Assembly: GCA_023515725.1 (NCBI GenBank)
Contig: JALDTO010000098.1
Location: 522,164-586,163 of the forward strand
Length of the DNA stretch: 64,000 nucleotides
DNA from: Amoeboaphelidium protococcarum X5
Taxonomy: Eukaryota > Fungi > Aphelidiomycota
Reading direction: 5' to 3'
Part shown: positions 11,952-25,936 of the stretch, piece after piece
Position numbering within the stretch: position 1 is the stretch's first letter
Layout: each line of letters opens with the position of its first letter
Position numbers and translations under genes: made by a program
Notes under the pieces: generated by a model
What the model was told of the DNA's origin: nothing
The model's input: the letters and a program-made list of their open reading frames with translations, nothing else
The model's database searches: none

Positions 11952-14351
11952 TCACTACTTCTGCTCCTACTGTTACTATGATGTCTACCATTTTAGGTAC
12001 TCCTGATGCAGCTTCTTCTACAGCTCTTGCTCCTTGATGAGTTTCTTACGCCTAGACTTTCCAATTTCAACACCCTCTGCATCCGCAGTCGGGATACCAT
12101 CAGCATCCCATTGGGAGTATTACTCAGTCTTGAACAAATCTTCAGGCTTAGTTTTGCCTTTCTGCAGCTTCTCCATCAATTTCTATTGGGCCAATTACGC
12201 CTGCATTTCCTTAGCCTTCTTCTTCTCCTCCTCCTTTGCTAATTTATCCTACAACTCTTACTGCAACTACTTTGGATCCTTGAGTTTAATCATATACTTT
12301 CCACCATCTTTATCTTCCAACTATACACCAAGAGCAGGCAGATCCTGATCACGAAGCTAATCAGAGAGACTAAGAAGGTCCTAAAAGATCTCACGCGCCT
12401 TTACCAAGTCCTCCTATTTAAGAGCCGCTATTCCATGCGCTATAATGGAGCGATTTTCACTTCTATAATTAGCGAGCGCAGTCAGGTAAGGAAGAACCAG
12501 ATCATCTTTAGATTAAGAATTTTAAAGATCATTAGAGCTAATTCCAGCTGGAGACTCTCCAAAGGTCTGCAATCCAAACACGGATAACATTCGCTAGATG
12601 TAAGAAGCAACTGAGGTCAACACTTCAACATTAGGCTGCATCTTTTATTGCTCCTACTGAGCAATGTATAAATTCGTCTTACTCACAAGATCCAGCAATT
12701 CCTTGATCACCAATGGCGTGTTAAGATTGTCACACAATGCCTCATGGACAGCAGTCTACTTTACGTAAAGCCCTTCAATCAACTCACGTTCCCCATCATT
12801 GAAATTGTGACCGGGTACCGATTGATTTCCATCATTAGCAGACAAATTAACCTGAGACATCTTGTGTTACAACTACCAGGCACGCACATTAGTCAAATAC
12901 TTTCTCAAAGTCGCCTCTGCAGCCTGTACTTCATTCATAGATGACGCCTTATAGTCGAGAACTGAATTCCACGGGTGCAACAGGAATAGCAATCGAATCT
13001 GATCAGGTGTGTACTGCTTCAAAGCATCCTGGATGGTTATAAAGTTCTTGAGACTTTTAGACATTTTAAGACCCTCAATGTGCAGGTGACCGGCATGCAG
13101 GAAATAGTTCACCCACTGCTGGCACTCATAATGCGCTTCCGATTGTGCCAACTCATTATCATGATGGGGGAAGCACAGATCAATTCCACCACTATGAATA
13201 TCCATCTACTAGCCGAGAACATGACTAGCCATAGCTGAACACTCAATATGCCACCCAGGTCTACCTCTGCCCCACTTGGACTCCCAGAAAGGTTCCCCAG
13301 GCTTTGATGCCTTCCATAGAGCAAAATCTTGAGGAGACCTTTTACCAGACGTGGCTGTACTACTCAGGGCACCTTCACCTTCATTTAAAAGACTGGCGTT
13401 ACCTTGAGACTATGGCGAGATTTTAGCATACTGATGCGACTGCTTATACTTTTGCACGTCAAAGTAAACATTTCCATCACTCTCATACGCATATCCATTC
13501 TAAATAATCTTGTCCACAAAATCAATAATCTCTGGCACGTACTCTGTCACACGAGTCAACACATCAGGGCCTTGAACATTCAGCGCTTTCATATCGTTAA
13601 AGTACTCTCCTTCCCAGTACACGGTCAGAGATTTAAAGATGTGATGATCCGTGACGCCGCTTCCCTTTTCAGAGTCTAAATGGGCGGCAATAATATCTTT
13701 CGCAGTATCCAGCAGGGACGTGAATTACGTTCTATCAGCATAATCAATCTACTTGAGAGCTTCACTCACTGCGACGATTAAACTCTTGCGCATAACATAC
13801 TTCTCACCGACAGCCAGAGACAGTTCCTAGTCCTTAGACTTGAGTAGATTAAAAATAGAGTCAACGGTAAGACTAGCCGCAGACTAATCGCCAGTCAGGT
13901 TGAGAATATCTGCGCCATTCACCTTATCAAGTACATTAGAACGCGCATAGTTGATCAGCAGTTGTTCAATGTGACCTCCAACTTTACGCCACTCCACAGT
14001 GTCTTACTCCTTCAACACCTACGCGTTGTACTCGTCAAATAGATAATTCTGCCGAGCGCGCAATATAATCTTGTCATCGATATCCGTAATATTCATGACC
14101 TGGTACACATCGTACTTGAAATAGTCAGAGAGAACGCGCCGCATAATGTCAAATGTCAAGTACGCCCGCGCATGACCCATGTGGCTAGCATCATACACGG
14201 TCGGACCGCATTGGTACCAGGTGACTCTATTGCCTCTAATCGGAATGAATACCTCCTTCTTCTTGGTCAGGGAATTGTACAACTTCAACTAAGTAGTCTA
14301 ACTAGCGCTCACTGTCGGTCTAATCCAATCGGCCATTGTTCTCTTTAACAT
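11952..14351 (-). CDS. CARS: Cysteinyl-tRNA synthetase (alternative start at 14336)
   Basis: [14 protein letters not shown] (HIGH-type), [35 protein letters not shown]; 799 aa with TAR=Gln. Confidence 0.95.
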
Positions 14352-14456
14352 TCGCTCGCTCTTTGTTCAAAATGAAAAGGAAATCGGTCGCGGCTCATAA
14401 CGTGCTAAAAGCAAATGAATTGAATGTAATATAATAATAATATCGAATGGACGCAA

Positions 14457-15836
14457 TCAAGTGTATTAACTCAGAAATCGCTTAAAGTATTCAACAGTTT
14501 CTGCAATGCCTTGCTGAGTGCTAAATTTAGGGGTCCATCCCAGCTAAGTTTTGGCACGCGTAATATCTGGTCTTCTCTTTTGTGGATCATCCTTTGCAGC
14601 TTCCAAGTTCACAATCTTGGCATCCTTATTAATTTGATCTCGAATGAGACGGGCAAAGTTCAGTATAGAGTATTCATCCGGATTTCCAATATTTACCGGT
14701 TCGGTGTAGTTGGCATTCATCAGAGCAATCAGGCCATCAACCAAGTCATGTACATACTGGAAGGATCTGGTCTGCTCACCTTGTCCATACACTGTAAGAT
14801 CTTCACCTTTGAGAGCTTGCATTATGAAATTACTCACCACCCTTCCATCGTGTTCATTCATTCGCGGCCCATAAGTATTAAATATTCTAGCCACACGTAC
14901 ATCAACATTATCTTATTTAGCATACGCATATGTCAAAGTCTCGGCAACTCTCTTCCCTTCATCATAACACGCTCGTGGACCAATTGGATTAACATGACCC
15001 CAATAATCTTCAGTCTGTGGATGAATCTCTGGATCGCCATACACCTCAGATGTGGAAGCTAATAGAAATCGAGCCTTGACGCGTTTCGCCAATCCAAGCA
15101 TATTGATAGTCCCCATAACGCTAGTTTTAACTGTCTTGATAGGATTATATTGGTAATGAGGTGGGGAGGCAGGACACGCTAGATGATAAATCTGATCCAC
15201 CTCAATCATAAACGGATCAACAACATCGTGCCTAATAAGCTCAAAATTAGGATGTCCAAGCCAATGCTCCACATTCCTCTTATTACCCGTGAAGAAATTA
15301 TCCACAACAACAACCTGGTGTCCCATTAACATCAATCTGTCCACAAGATGACTTCCCACAAAGCCGGCACCACCAGTCACCAGAATTCTATTCTACGAGG
15401 ACGGTGATAATAGTTTTACCGGAGGATAATCTCTCACAGACTGTATCTTTAAAACCTTCTGATCTGTATTGTCATCTGAGTTGCTACCAGTATCGTACAG
15501 TTTCATGAAATACAAACTCTATAACATTGACAATTCGAATTAACTCCCATATCGCTCATCGCCAACAGCTTGCACCATATCCTCGGTGGAAGCCTACTAC
15601 TCAGAATCGTCTTTCTTAATAGTCACCGGAGCACGTAGAGTGTCTTCAATCAATTCTTCTTATGACTTATCTATGGCTCTCATTTGCATTCTCTCAGCAG
15701 TACCAGATGAAGATTCAAAATCCACGTCTTGCTGCTCTTGTTCTCTTTGCGCCAGTGGCTGGGTCGTGCCAAAACTCATAAAGAAAAACATGAAAGCCGC
15801 CCAAATGACCACTATGGGCAAGTACCTCTTCAACAT
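14457..15836 (-). CDS. UXS1: UDP-glucuronate decarboxylase (UDP-xylose synthase), N-terminal membrane anchor
   Basis: [42 protein letters not shown]. Confidence 0.95.
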
Positions 15837-16164
15837 TCTCTACTTCTTAATAATGATTGTCAAAATTTGTACTACAAAGACTGTACGGAATTAGAGGACG
15901 GCAAATAAAGAGTGAAATATGACATTGAATGGACCAAGTTAAAGCAGAGACTTTATCCGAAACGGGAAAGACTTACGCGTTTTGAAACGGCATTTCTGTG
16001 GGGGGAAGTGAAACAATTTTGAAAAAAGAAATCACACTTAGCAGCAGATGAATACTGTACTACTGTAAGTGGAACGCGTAATAAAGTCAAATGCAAACAT
16101 AGTGAAATAATAACTAGACAATATATTTAACTCTATAAGGGAGTAGGTAGATGTATGATGTTAA

Positions 16165-16911
16165 TCAAAATACAAAAATGCCGAGGAATGTAAATCCAGC
16201 CATGAATATCAGACTGATGATGAGCCAGAGGAATGCCCAGCCTTGTGCAGGGAGACACTTGCATAGCTTTGAGAATTTATATGGATCAGAATCTTCAATA
16301 CTCTGGGAGAAAATTAGTGACTCAAAATCCAAGAGTGAGTTGAGACAGCACAACGTACCAAGGAACAGTATGAAGAATGTCAGATAGTACGCATCCTAGA
16401 TCAGCCAGAACATCACAATGAGTCCAATGTAGAATACAGAAATTAAACGCGCGATCCATCCTTTTGCGTAGTAGAGCATTATGAGCAGGAAGACGCCTAT
16501 AACTATAGAGACAATCTTTGACGCAAGGACATTGAACGCACAAAACAGCATTATACCTCCATAGAATGCAGTCCCAATATAACCCGCAGGAAGAGTAACA
16601 TACTAATTTCCACCTTAAATCACAGTGGCACCTGCCGTGTTTGCTTCAATTGTTATTGATTTAATTTTGCCTCCTGTCAACACGGCAGCCATTGCATGGC
16701 CAGCCACTTCATGAATGCTCGTGTTGAATAGTTTACATGGTAGCAGAAGGTATTTCAGCAGAGGGAAATTCCATAAAACAATTAGAATCGCGCTATAGAT
16801 GGCCATCATCTTCAAAAGCCAAATCTCATGATCATTCAAACTAGTCGACCCCACAGTCCCATTATCCGCACTCGCGACAAGCGTTAAATCTGGTATTGCT
16901 ATAACAGGCAT
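16165..16911 (-). CDS. Peptidase M50B-like integral membrane protein
   Basis: IHEVAGHAMAAVLTGGKIKSI, LPAGYIG, SDPYKFSK; multiple hydrophobic segments. Confidence 0.8.
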
Positions 16912-17265
16912 CTTCAAAAAATCAATATTCTACTTTGATTGTCAATTAAAGGATTGAATAGAATTATAGAGACCGTTAAAAGTGAATTGGAAACTCTGCG
17001 TCCGTATTGAAGCCAATCAAAGGGGCGCCAAGCATTCGATGCGCCAGTCCCGGAGGTTGGGATTGGACCGTATAGCTCAAAATAGTAACTTGACCGTTAG
17101 AGCCTCAGTAATATCGATTGAAGCATTTAAACACACGCGTCATTCGCTGTGAAAACTCTTATTAATTTAACACGTTTCTGTTTCATCATTATGTTCCTTC
17201 CACATGATAGAGTTTTATTTTATTCGATACTTAAATTTGAAGTTGCAATATTAGTAGCATTAACA

Positions 17266-17955
17266 ATGTTGAAACAATTAGTATCTGGAATAAGTCGAGT
17301 CAGAACTTTCACATAGTACTAGCGCCCGGCGTCTGCTGGACTAGTTCCTTATGTTATAGAGTAGTCACCCAAGGGTGGTGAGAGAGCGATGGATATATTT
17401 TCGAGACTGCTAAAGGACCGCATCATTTGTATCAATGGTCAGATTGACGATAATGTTAGCGCATTGGTGGTGGCTCAGTTGCTATTTCTGGAGGCGGAGG
17501 ATTCGTCGAAGCCTGTGAGCATCTACATCAATAGTCCTGGTGGCTATGTGACTAGCGGTCTAGCTATATATGATACGATGCAGTATATCAAGTGCGATGT
17601 GAGTACTGTGTGTGCGGGCTAGGCGGCATCAATGGGCTCTCTGCTGTTGACTGCTGGAGCGAAAGGTTAAAGATATGCGCTACCAAATAGCAGAATTATG
17701 ATACATTAGCCATTGGGTGGATTCAGCGGGCAGGCATCAGACATCGAAATTCACGCAAGAGAGATTTTGAAGTTGCGCGATCGTCTGAATGGCATCTACT
17801 CGCACCATACTGGATAGCCAGTGTAGAAGATTGAGACCAGTGTTGATCGTGATAATTTCCTGTCACCAGAAGAAGCGGTTTAGTTTGGCTTGATTGACAA
17901 GGTGATCACGACTCATGATGATATAGTAGCTAGTAATGGTAGTAGTAATAATTGA
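17266..17955 (+). CDS. CLPP: Mitochondrial ATP-dependent Clp protease proteolytic subunit
   Basis: Presequence [13 protein letters not shown]; [36 protein letters not shown] (both Q from TAG). Confidence 0.95.
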
Positions 17956-17983
17956 TGATGATATATTCAATTCGTGATGACAA

Positions 17984-20275
17984 TCAATAATTTACATACA
18001 AGTTGGAACACTGATGCTCTTGTAAATAGTCTGCTCCACACTCTTCATACTACTTTCTGGTGATGAACACTTTCTAGTTCTTGTTACTGAGATGATCCAG
18101 TGCCCATTTGGAGGCACCTCTCCAGGCATCTAGAATAGAATCTTGAGCGCGATAAACTTTCACTGGAACATCGCATAGAACATTCTATCTCAGATCGTTG
18201 AACAGTCTCTAATCGAAGCCCGGGTACATGGTATTGCCTCCTGTAACGAATACATTAGACATCATCTGCAACTTGCTCAAATCACTTTCATACACTTTGG
18301 CCAGAGTTGAACACATTTCAGATAATCCAGCTGATTCCGAGCCCATCAGATGCGGTTGGAATAATATCTCAGGAACTTTATACCGATCTGAGCTCAACTT
18401 GATGCCGTAATAATCGTACTAATCTTCATCCGGATCAAATTTTAGCTTAAACCAGAGCGATTATTTTATGGCCAATAGCTATTTCTCCTCCTCACTGACA
18501 TATTCCGGATCATAGCTCATTAACTTTTATTCGATTTCAGCGAGTTCTGTCTAGATCTGGTCTTCTTCGTCCTCATCTGCATCTTGCTCGGCGGTATTCT
18601 CTTTCTACACCTTCCTATATACATCCCAATCTTTATCATCCATTCCAAAACCGTCATCTTGCTGGTTTTACTAAAACGGGTTATCATCACTATCTTAAAC
18701 GGACAGCTTTGCCAGAGTCTTTAATCGCTTGCGTGAAGATGATGATGCTGCAGCCTTCTTCTTCTTATCCAATATGGACTGTAGATCATATTTGCGCTAT
18801 TTTATGCCTTCTAACCATCCTTGTAAATCATTTTACCGTTCACGATCCTCGGCGAGCTACTTCTCCATAGCAAGTCTCTGCTATTCTTCTTTTGCCGCCT
18901 TTATTCTCATTCTGGCATCATAATTAGCTTTAAAGAGCTTTTACTTTCGTTTCTCTTTAACTTAATCAGGATCTAATTCCGAATCTGGTACATCTACAAG
19001 ATCAAACACTGGTGGCGCCTTTTACTCTTCCCCCTCTTCGTCTACATCGCCGTCCTCTTCACCTCTCAATTTAGATTCAATCTTCTTGATCTACCTAAGC
19101 AAGTCTTTCCTGTGGTCGCGGGCCTCATTGACATCTGCAAAGTCATTGTCATACAGCAACTCGTCCACTTACTCTTGCACCAAATCATCCTCCTTGTTGT
19201 CTTGCTCATCACCTTCGTCGATATCTTCATCCTCATCTTCAGCACTAAGCCGACCTTTCTTTACAGAGTTCTTTTATTACTATTTTTATTTAAACAAGGC
19301 ATCAATTTCTTTAAAAAGAGAATCCACGCGCTCAAGTTCCCGTTACTTCACCTCGAGCTTCTCCCGTCGCTGAGCATCGACACGCTCCATCATTCTTTAA
19401 CGTGCCAACTGTTTACGCTCCTCCATCGCCTCTACCTACTCCTCGGTATGTTGATACTTTTGAAACGGTAACTATATAGATACAGAATTATCAATGAGGA
19501 ACTAGTTGTCACTCTGAAATTTGTTCATATCGCCCTTATAGTCAGAAGCCACGCGGCAAAACTCTACTCGCAACTAATCAGTGGTCATCAGACTTAATTT
19601 CTGGTTCAGTTCAGGATACTTGACTAGTAAGTGCTTCTGCATAAACTCCGTAGAGCTGCGACCGCCAATATCCAATCGCTTACAGTGTGAGTAATCGACA
19701 CCACCATCAATAACCGGAATGATATGAGAAGCATTGTGACCGGAAGATAAAATAAGAGCATTTCTCTTCTTCTTCTTATCATCACCAGAGAATCCTCCAT
19801 TATGGTAGAAACTGAACAAAGCATCAACACCATACGCCAGGCGACCAACAGAGTAACATTCAAACATGAGCTCACTAACAATTCTGCGACACTAGTTCAA
19901 ATTACACAGAGTTTCAGTGAATACAATAGGGCGCTATGCCAAAGTCTTCTCTCGCTGTGCTTTCAGTAAGTTGGCAAATACATGGTCAAGTGTCAACTCC
20001 AAATTTGGAGGATGAACAATCAGGGATTATGAGAAATCAAAAGCAGATCTAGCACCAGAGTAATCGCACTAATCACCACCTCCAATGTGAATGCCTTAAG
20101 AAGTTTTACTTACAAGATTATCAAATACCAGCTGAGGATCAGTATCAGCATAACCAGCTCTCAACTGCCAAGATCCAAAATCAATAACAATTGGACTCTC
20201 CTGACTATACTTTTTCCCAACATTATTCAGTTCCTTTCGATATTAAGATAATTCATCCAACTTGATACGCGTCAT
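17984..20275 (-). CDS. ARP5: Actin-related protein 5 (INO80 complex)
   Basis: PIVIDFGSWQLRAGY, ELMFECYSV, charged insertion, DGFGMDDKDWDVY, PEILFQP, ILDAWRGA. Confidence 0.9.
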
Positions 20276-20560
20276 TGTTACTGTGTACTAATTCAACAGT
20301 GTAAAATTCCAAAGGACTGAAGAGAGAAACACTGCAGGAAAATACAAAGAGAAGAAAACGATTAGTTTTACAAAACAACATTAAAACAATATTAGAAACG
20401 TGATTTTGGAATGGTTAAAAGGCTCTAACAACTCGATATTAAGTTTACGAAAGTGTACAGTATGCTGATGAATGAGCTTTTAGATCGTTGATCAAACGTG
20501 GAAATGATCTCTTTACACCCGTCCTAATCAAAAGGCGGCATAACATCAAGAGGAGAGAAT

Positions 20561-20592
20561 GCGCGCGCGAGAGAGAGAGAGGGAGCGCGCGC
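20561..20592. repeat. (GC)4-(GA)n-(GC)4 element in the ARP5/CCT7 divergent promoter
   Basis: gcgcgcgc gagagagagagaggga gcgcgcgc read directly. Confidence 0.7.
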
Positions 20593-20832
20593 TTAATGGA
20601 GTAGTTTCACGATAGAATTTCCATGCACACCTGCAGCACAGTCATGAGAGAGAGAGAAAGAAAGGGCGAATTCTCTCGCAGTTTTGTCGCGTCGTTTGAA
20701 AGTCGCGCCATCAAGAAGAGAGAGAACCAACGGCGAGCTCTTTTGATTTTGATCTCACTTGAGAACTACTTCCTTCTCATTCTATCGATCGCGGGCTTTT
20801 AATTATATACTCAATTACAACTTTATTGTAAA

Positions 20833-22551
20833 ATGGCAATGGTACAGCCGCAAGTTATTCTTTTGAGAGAGGGAACTGATTAGAGTCAAGGCAAGGGATA
20901 GTTGTTGAGTAACATCAGTGCTGTGAATGCTATTGTGGACACGGTGAGATCAACGCTCGGTCCGCGCGGTATGGACAAGCTGATTGTGGACAAGAATGGC
21001 AAGGTTACGATTAGTAATGATGGTGCCACCATAATGAAGTTGCTGGACGTTGTGCATCCGGCAGCGCGCTCCCTAGTGGACATTGCTCGTAGTCAAGATG
21101 CCGAGGTTGGTGATGGTACTACAAGTGTGGTTGTATTTGCCGGAGAGCTGTTGAAGGAGGTGACCCCGCTAATTGAAGATAGTCTCGCTCCCAACATTAT
21201 AATCAGGGGATTCCGCACTGCATCAAGGCTGGCCATTAACAAGGTTAAGGAACTCGCAGTGTCTGTCGATCCTCAGTCTGCTGACCCATCCGAGTGGAGA
21301 GAGACGTTGATGAAGTGCGCCGCCACTGCCATGTCTTCTAAGCTCATCTCGAGTCATAAGGATTTCTTTAAGCAGTTGGTGGTGGATGCTGTCCTCAGCC
21401 TGGACCAGGAAGATCTGAATGAACGCCTGATCGGTATGAAGTCTGTGTCTGGTGGTGCTTTGTAGGACACTATGCTTGTACAGGGTGTTGCATTTAAGAA
21501 GACTTTCTCTTATGCGGGATTTGAGTAGCAGCCAAAGAGATTTTAGAATGTCAAAGTTCTGTGTCTGAATGTTGAGCTGGAATTGAAGGCTGAGAAGGAT
21601 AATGCCGAGGTGCGAATCGATAAGGTTGGAGAGTATCAGGCTATTGTAGATGCAGAGTGGAAGATAATCTTTGACAAGTTGGACCAGATTGTGCAGACTG
21701 GCGCCAAAGTGGTACTCAGCAAGTTGCCAATAGGAGATCTGGCGACTCAGTACTTTGCAGACCGCGACATTTTCTGTGCTGGACGCGTCTCTGATGCTGA
21801 TATGCAACGTGTTGTGCAGGCTGTCGGTGGGAGTATATTGTCTAGTACCAATGATATGAAGGATGCACTACTCTCTGATGGCAAGGATAAGAATGTGGAT
21901 CCTTCTGACAAGTTGTAGAATCATCAGCAAATTCTGGGCTATTGTGATCTGTTTGAAGAGAAGCAGATAGGATCCGAGAGATACAATGTGTTCACCGGCT
22001 GCAAGTAGACCAAGACCTGCACCATAATAATGCGTGGAGGTGCCGAGTAGTTTATTGCAGAAGTTGAACGTTCTCTGCACGATGCTATTATGATTGTGAG
22101 AAGAGCAATTAAGAACCGTCAGATTGTGGCTGGTGGTGGAGCCATTGAGATGGAATTGAGCAAGTATTTGCGCGAGTATAGTAGAACTATTCATGGTAAG
22201 CAGTAGCTGGTTATCGGTGCTTTTGCTAAAGCTTTGGAAGTCATTCCGCGTCAGATCTGTGATAATGCCGGCTTTGACGCGACTGATATCTTGAACAAGT
22301 TGCGTCAGAAGCATCATAAAGGCGGTGTATGGTACGGAGTTGATGTAAATAGCGAAGGCATTGAGGACAATATGAATGCTTTTGTTTGGGAACCAGCAAT
22401 TGTGAAAGTGAATATCCTGAATGCTAGTGCTGAAGCAGCCTGCCTTTTGCTGAGTGTTGACGAGACCGTGAAGAATCCTCAGAGTGAAATGCCTAATCTG
22501 TCGCAGAACCCAATGCACATGGGCAGAGGTCGCGGCGTTCCTAGACGTTGA
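20833..22551 (+). CDS. CCT7: Chaperonin CCT/TRiC subunit eta
   Basis: [47 protein letters not shown]-terminal GRGRG. Confidence 0.96.
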
Positions 22552-23184
22552 TCAATGATTAATAAGTATGACCTAATTATTTGTAGTACTCTCATTTTTA
22601 TTTCATTTTACACGCTATCTCTGACTTTATATCTGTAGACTTATTTGTTCAGTGCTGATCGCTATTAACAAGTTTCGCTTGATCATCGCAAAAGGTTCGA
22701 AATGATTAGCTAACATATGAACTTGAAATTGCATTGAAATGTTTATATTGAAATACTTGCTATAAAAGACAAGCTTGAGGCATAATCGCGGGCAATGTGA
22801 GCCTAGCAATAGTTTCATGCTTCGAAATATCCGTTGGCAAAGCTTGGGATGTCTGGTGCACTTTGAGCCTTCTTCGTGGTTTAGAGCCATTTAGACTAGA
22901 ATCAGCGAGAATTATGTCAAAATAAACACCGGGAGAGCACAATCAATCTGAAACGCTAAAACTAGGTATTAAAAAAAAGCTCGCCACAGTATTAGATTTC
23001 GAATATGCATCCAAGCCACACTATCTGTTAACAACGTCATCAACCAATCAAAGATCAAATCAATTAACAAGCTATTTTCCCATAGCGCGAGCATCAAACA
23101 GCAAAGCGCTATTCCCCTTTAGCGACGGCGATCCCCATTTTTAAGCTTTCCCCACTTGAAGTTCAAAGCATTTTAGTCTAACGA

Positions 23185-24159
23185 ATGATCTCTACTCGAT
23201 TTTCTAGTTCGTTATTGCAGATCCATCATCAAAGGAGATATCTGTCTATTGGTAGTAATAATTAAAGTCTTTTAAAACGATTCAAGAGTAGAAAGACAAT
23301 GGATAAGAGTTCTGGATCCAAGGGTTCTGCTGAGCTGAAGCCTTCGTCTGTCAATGCTTGGGAACAGAAGTAACAATAGCAGCATCATCACAGTAATCCT
23401 GCTTCCGGAGTGACTGTAAATGTCGGTAGCTAGTCTCCACTAGCTGAAGTCTATTCAAGCGTCAATGATAACACTGGAATGGTGACTAGCACTCCGAGAC
23501 CAAAGCTGATTGATGAGCTGTTGAACAACAACAAGAGATGGAGCGCCCGTATCCACGACAAGGTGCCTGACTTCTTCTCCACGCTGGCCAAGCAGTAGAC
23601 TCCAGAGATACTGTGGATTGGATGTAGCGATAGTAGAGTGCCTGCTAACCAGATCATTGATCTACCACCTGGTGAAGTGTTTGTACACAGAAACATTGCA
23701 AATGTGTTCACTCACACTGATTTGAATGCTCTGTCTGTGCTCCAGTTCGCTGTGGAGGTTCTGAAGGTGAAGCATGTCATTGTCTGCGGGCATTATGGCT
23801 GTGGTGGTGTCGCAGCATCGATGGAGAATAAGTAGTTTGGATTGATTGACAACTGGCTGCGTAATATCAAAGATGTCTTCCACGCTAATCAGGACGTGTT
23901 AAAGCAGTGTGCAGAGAAGCACTCTGATGAACATGAACGCTCTCAAGCACTCAAGGATAAGATGACTGAGCTGAACGTTGCCAGATCTGTGCGCAACGTC
24001 TGTGCCACCACCGTTCTGTAGAATGCCTGGATGAATGGGCAGGATGTCCAAGTGCATGGCTGGGTGTATCGCTTGTCCAATGGCCTCATCAATGACTTGA
24101 ATATCACTGTAAAAGACTTGAAGAGCCTGGACAAGATTTATCAAATGAACGAAAAATGA
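23185..24159 (+). CDS. Beta-class carbonic anhydrase with putative mitochondrial presequence (downstream ATG at 23299)
   Basis: [35 protein letters not shown] zinc-ligand motifs. Confidence 0.92.
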
Positions 24160-24309
24160 TTAGAATACAGTTGGGAATTAATGCTATTACTATCAATTTC
24201 ACCCAAATACAGTACTAATTACCACCATCATTCAATACACTGCTAGCATACCATCAAATTAAATCCCAAGCTTTAGCGCCAAACACATCAGACATACTGT
24301 ACCTACTAC

Positions 24310-25626
24310 TCATACAATAGTTAGCCACTTGATCTAGAAATCATCCTTGACACGGATAAGCAAATCATTAAAGTTGGCCTTCTTCTCATTCAACTGCTAA
24401 GCCTCCTTCAGTTGTCCATCAAAGTATTACTTCTTCTCTTCATCAGACATACTTTTCCACTTCTAACCAATGTACGGAGTAATCTTCGTCAGGAGCTGTT
24501 TGGGATTATCTATAGGCAGAGAGCTAACATCTAGATCTGGTAACATAGTAAAGTTACCATCAGCATCAACATTCTAGAATACTTCCTTGACGAACAGTGA
24601 GAACGGACGGGCTGCCTAAGATTTCAAAGAGTTTTTAGGATACTTGACAATCTGGTCCTTCACATCATCATAGTTGGACACAAACTCTTCAAACTTTCTG
24701 GCCTTTTCAATACAATTGTTGTAGGCGAGAATCATGGCATCGGTGAGCTTCAATTTGAATTGCATCTCCTTCTCTGCAATGGCATACTCTTTATGAGCCT
24801 TCTCCAGGCGTTCATTTAACTTGTGCAACTCTTCATCCGATAGAGCTCTGAATAGCTCACGTTGATAAGAATTAACAGCTGTGAAGCGCAACTATTCAGG
24901 AAATTTTGCCTGTGCTTCTTGATACAATTTCTACTTTGCCTCATCGCTAGCACCCTGATGAAGGTCTTTGACAAATATGGAGAATGCAGAGGCAGTTTTA
25001 ACAGGAGGTTAGATGGACAGCTCTTTACGATTATATCTCCCCTTGTCAAAATCATCCACTTCCATATCGAGAATCTTTTGAGCATAAATCGGCTGCAGCT
25101 CATCCTTGTTCATCCTCCACATCTTTCTGAATTCATCCACACCACGGATTCCATCCTTGATAGTCTCTCCCGCCTTGAGTTTCATCAGAATCTTCTCACG
25201 GATAAAGACTTTATACGGACTTCCTCTATCCAGGACCAGCTTATGCTTCAGCCGGCTCATATAATCTAGACGCTTGTAAATGACCCAGTTGGAGGCAAGT
25301 GACTGGATTTCATGTTTGAACTTTTCAGATTGACTCAGAGCAGCATACTCCTTGTTCGATTCGGAAACGCTAAGGGCTTTACCATCAACAGCAGGCGAAT
25401 TTTAGTCACTGTCAGCATTATTATCACTACTAGCCGCCGTCTTGCTCTGCGTCTTCTTTCTCCTCTCATAGTAGAAAGCGGACAGTGGAGACATTGGCTG
25501 TAAATCCTTCATTCTCACAGCCAACTTCTTCTTATGAGTCTTGCTACTACTACTACTACCTGTTCCTTGCTTAGAGGCAACAGAGGCAAAGTGGCGAGAA
25601 GCAGTCAAATATAGATTGTACACCAT
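24310..25626 (-). CDS. Multi-HMG-box protein, probably mitochondrial nucleoid (Abf2/TFAM-like)
   Basis: 438 aa; presequence-like ASRHFAS; repeated HMG-type starts (PMSPLSAFYYE, SPYKVFIREK, PASAFSIFVKD, ARPFSLFVKE...IGQKWKSMSDEKKKQY). Confidence 0.65.
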
Positions 25627-25936
25627 AATACTAGAACCAGTACAATGTGATATATGTATATGATACTTTAGATGAAAGAAAGGAGTACGGTGTTCAATTG
25701 TTGTTGTTGTTTAAACCAGTTCAAGTCGTCGCAACTTAAAGTTTGAAACGAAAAGAACAGCGTTTCGCGTTTCACCTCGTCACATTGCAAGAACAAATCG
25801 TGAGATTTTATAGGTTAGGAAGAGAGAAAGAGACTGTATTATAACGTTATCACGTGGCTAACGTTTGAGATATAAACTCGATATCACATTTCTATTTCCG
25901 CTTTATCTGATTTTCCATACCGGTATTTGGCTTAAA

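Noticed and set aside
22560-23180. Gene or ncRNA in the CCT7 / carbonic anhydrase spacer
   Set aside because: No recognisable motif or convincing frame; treated as intergenic.
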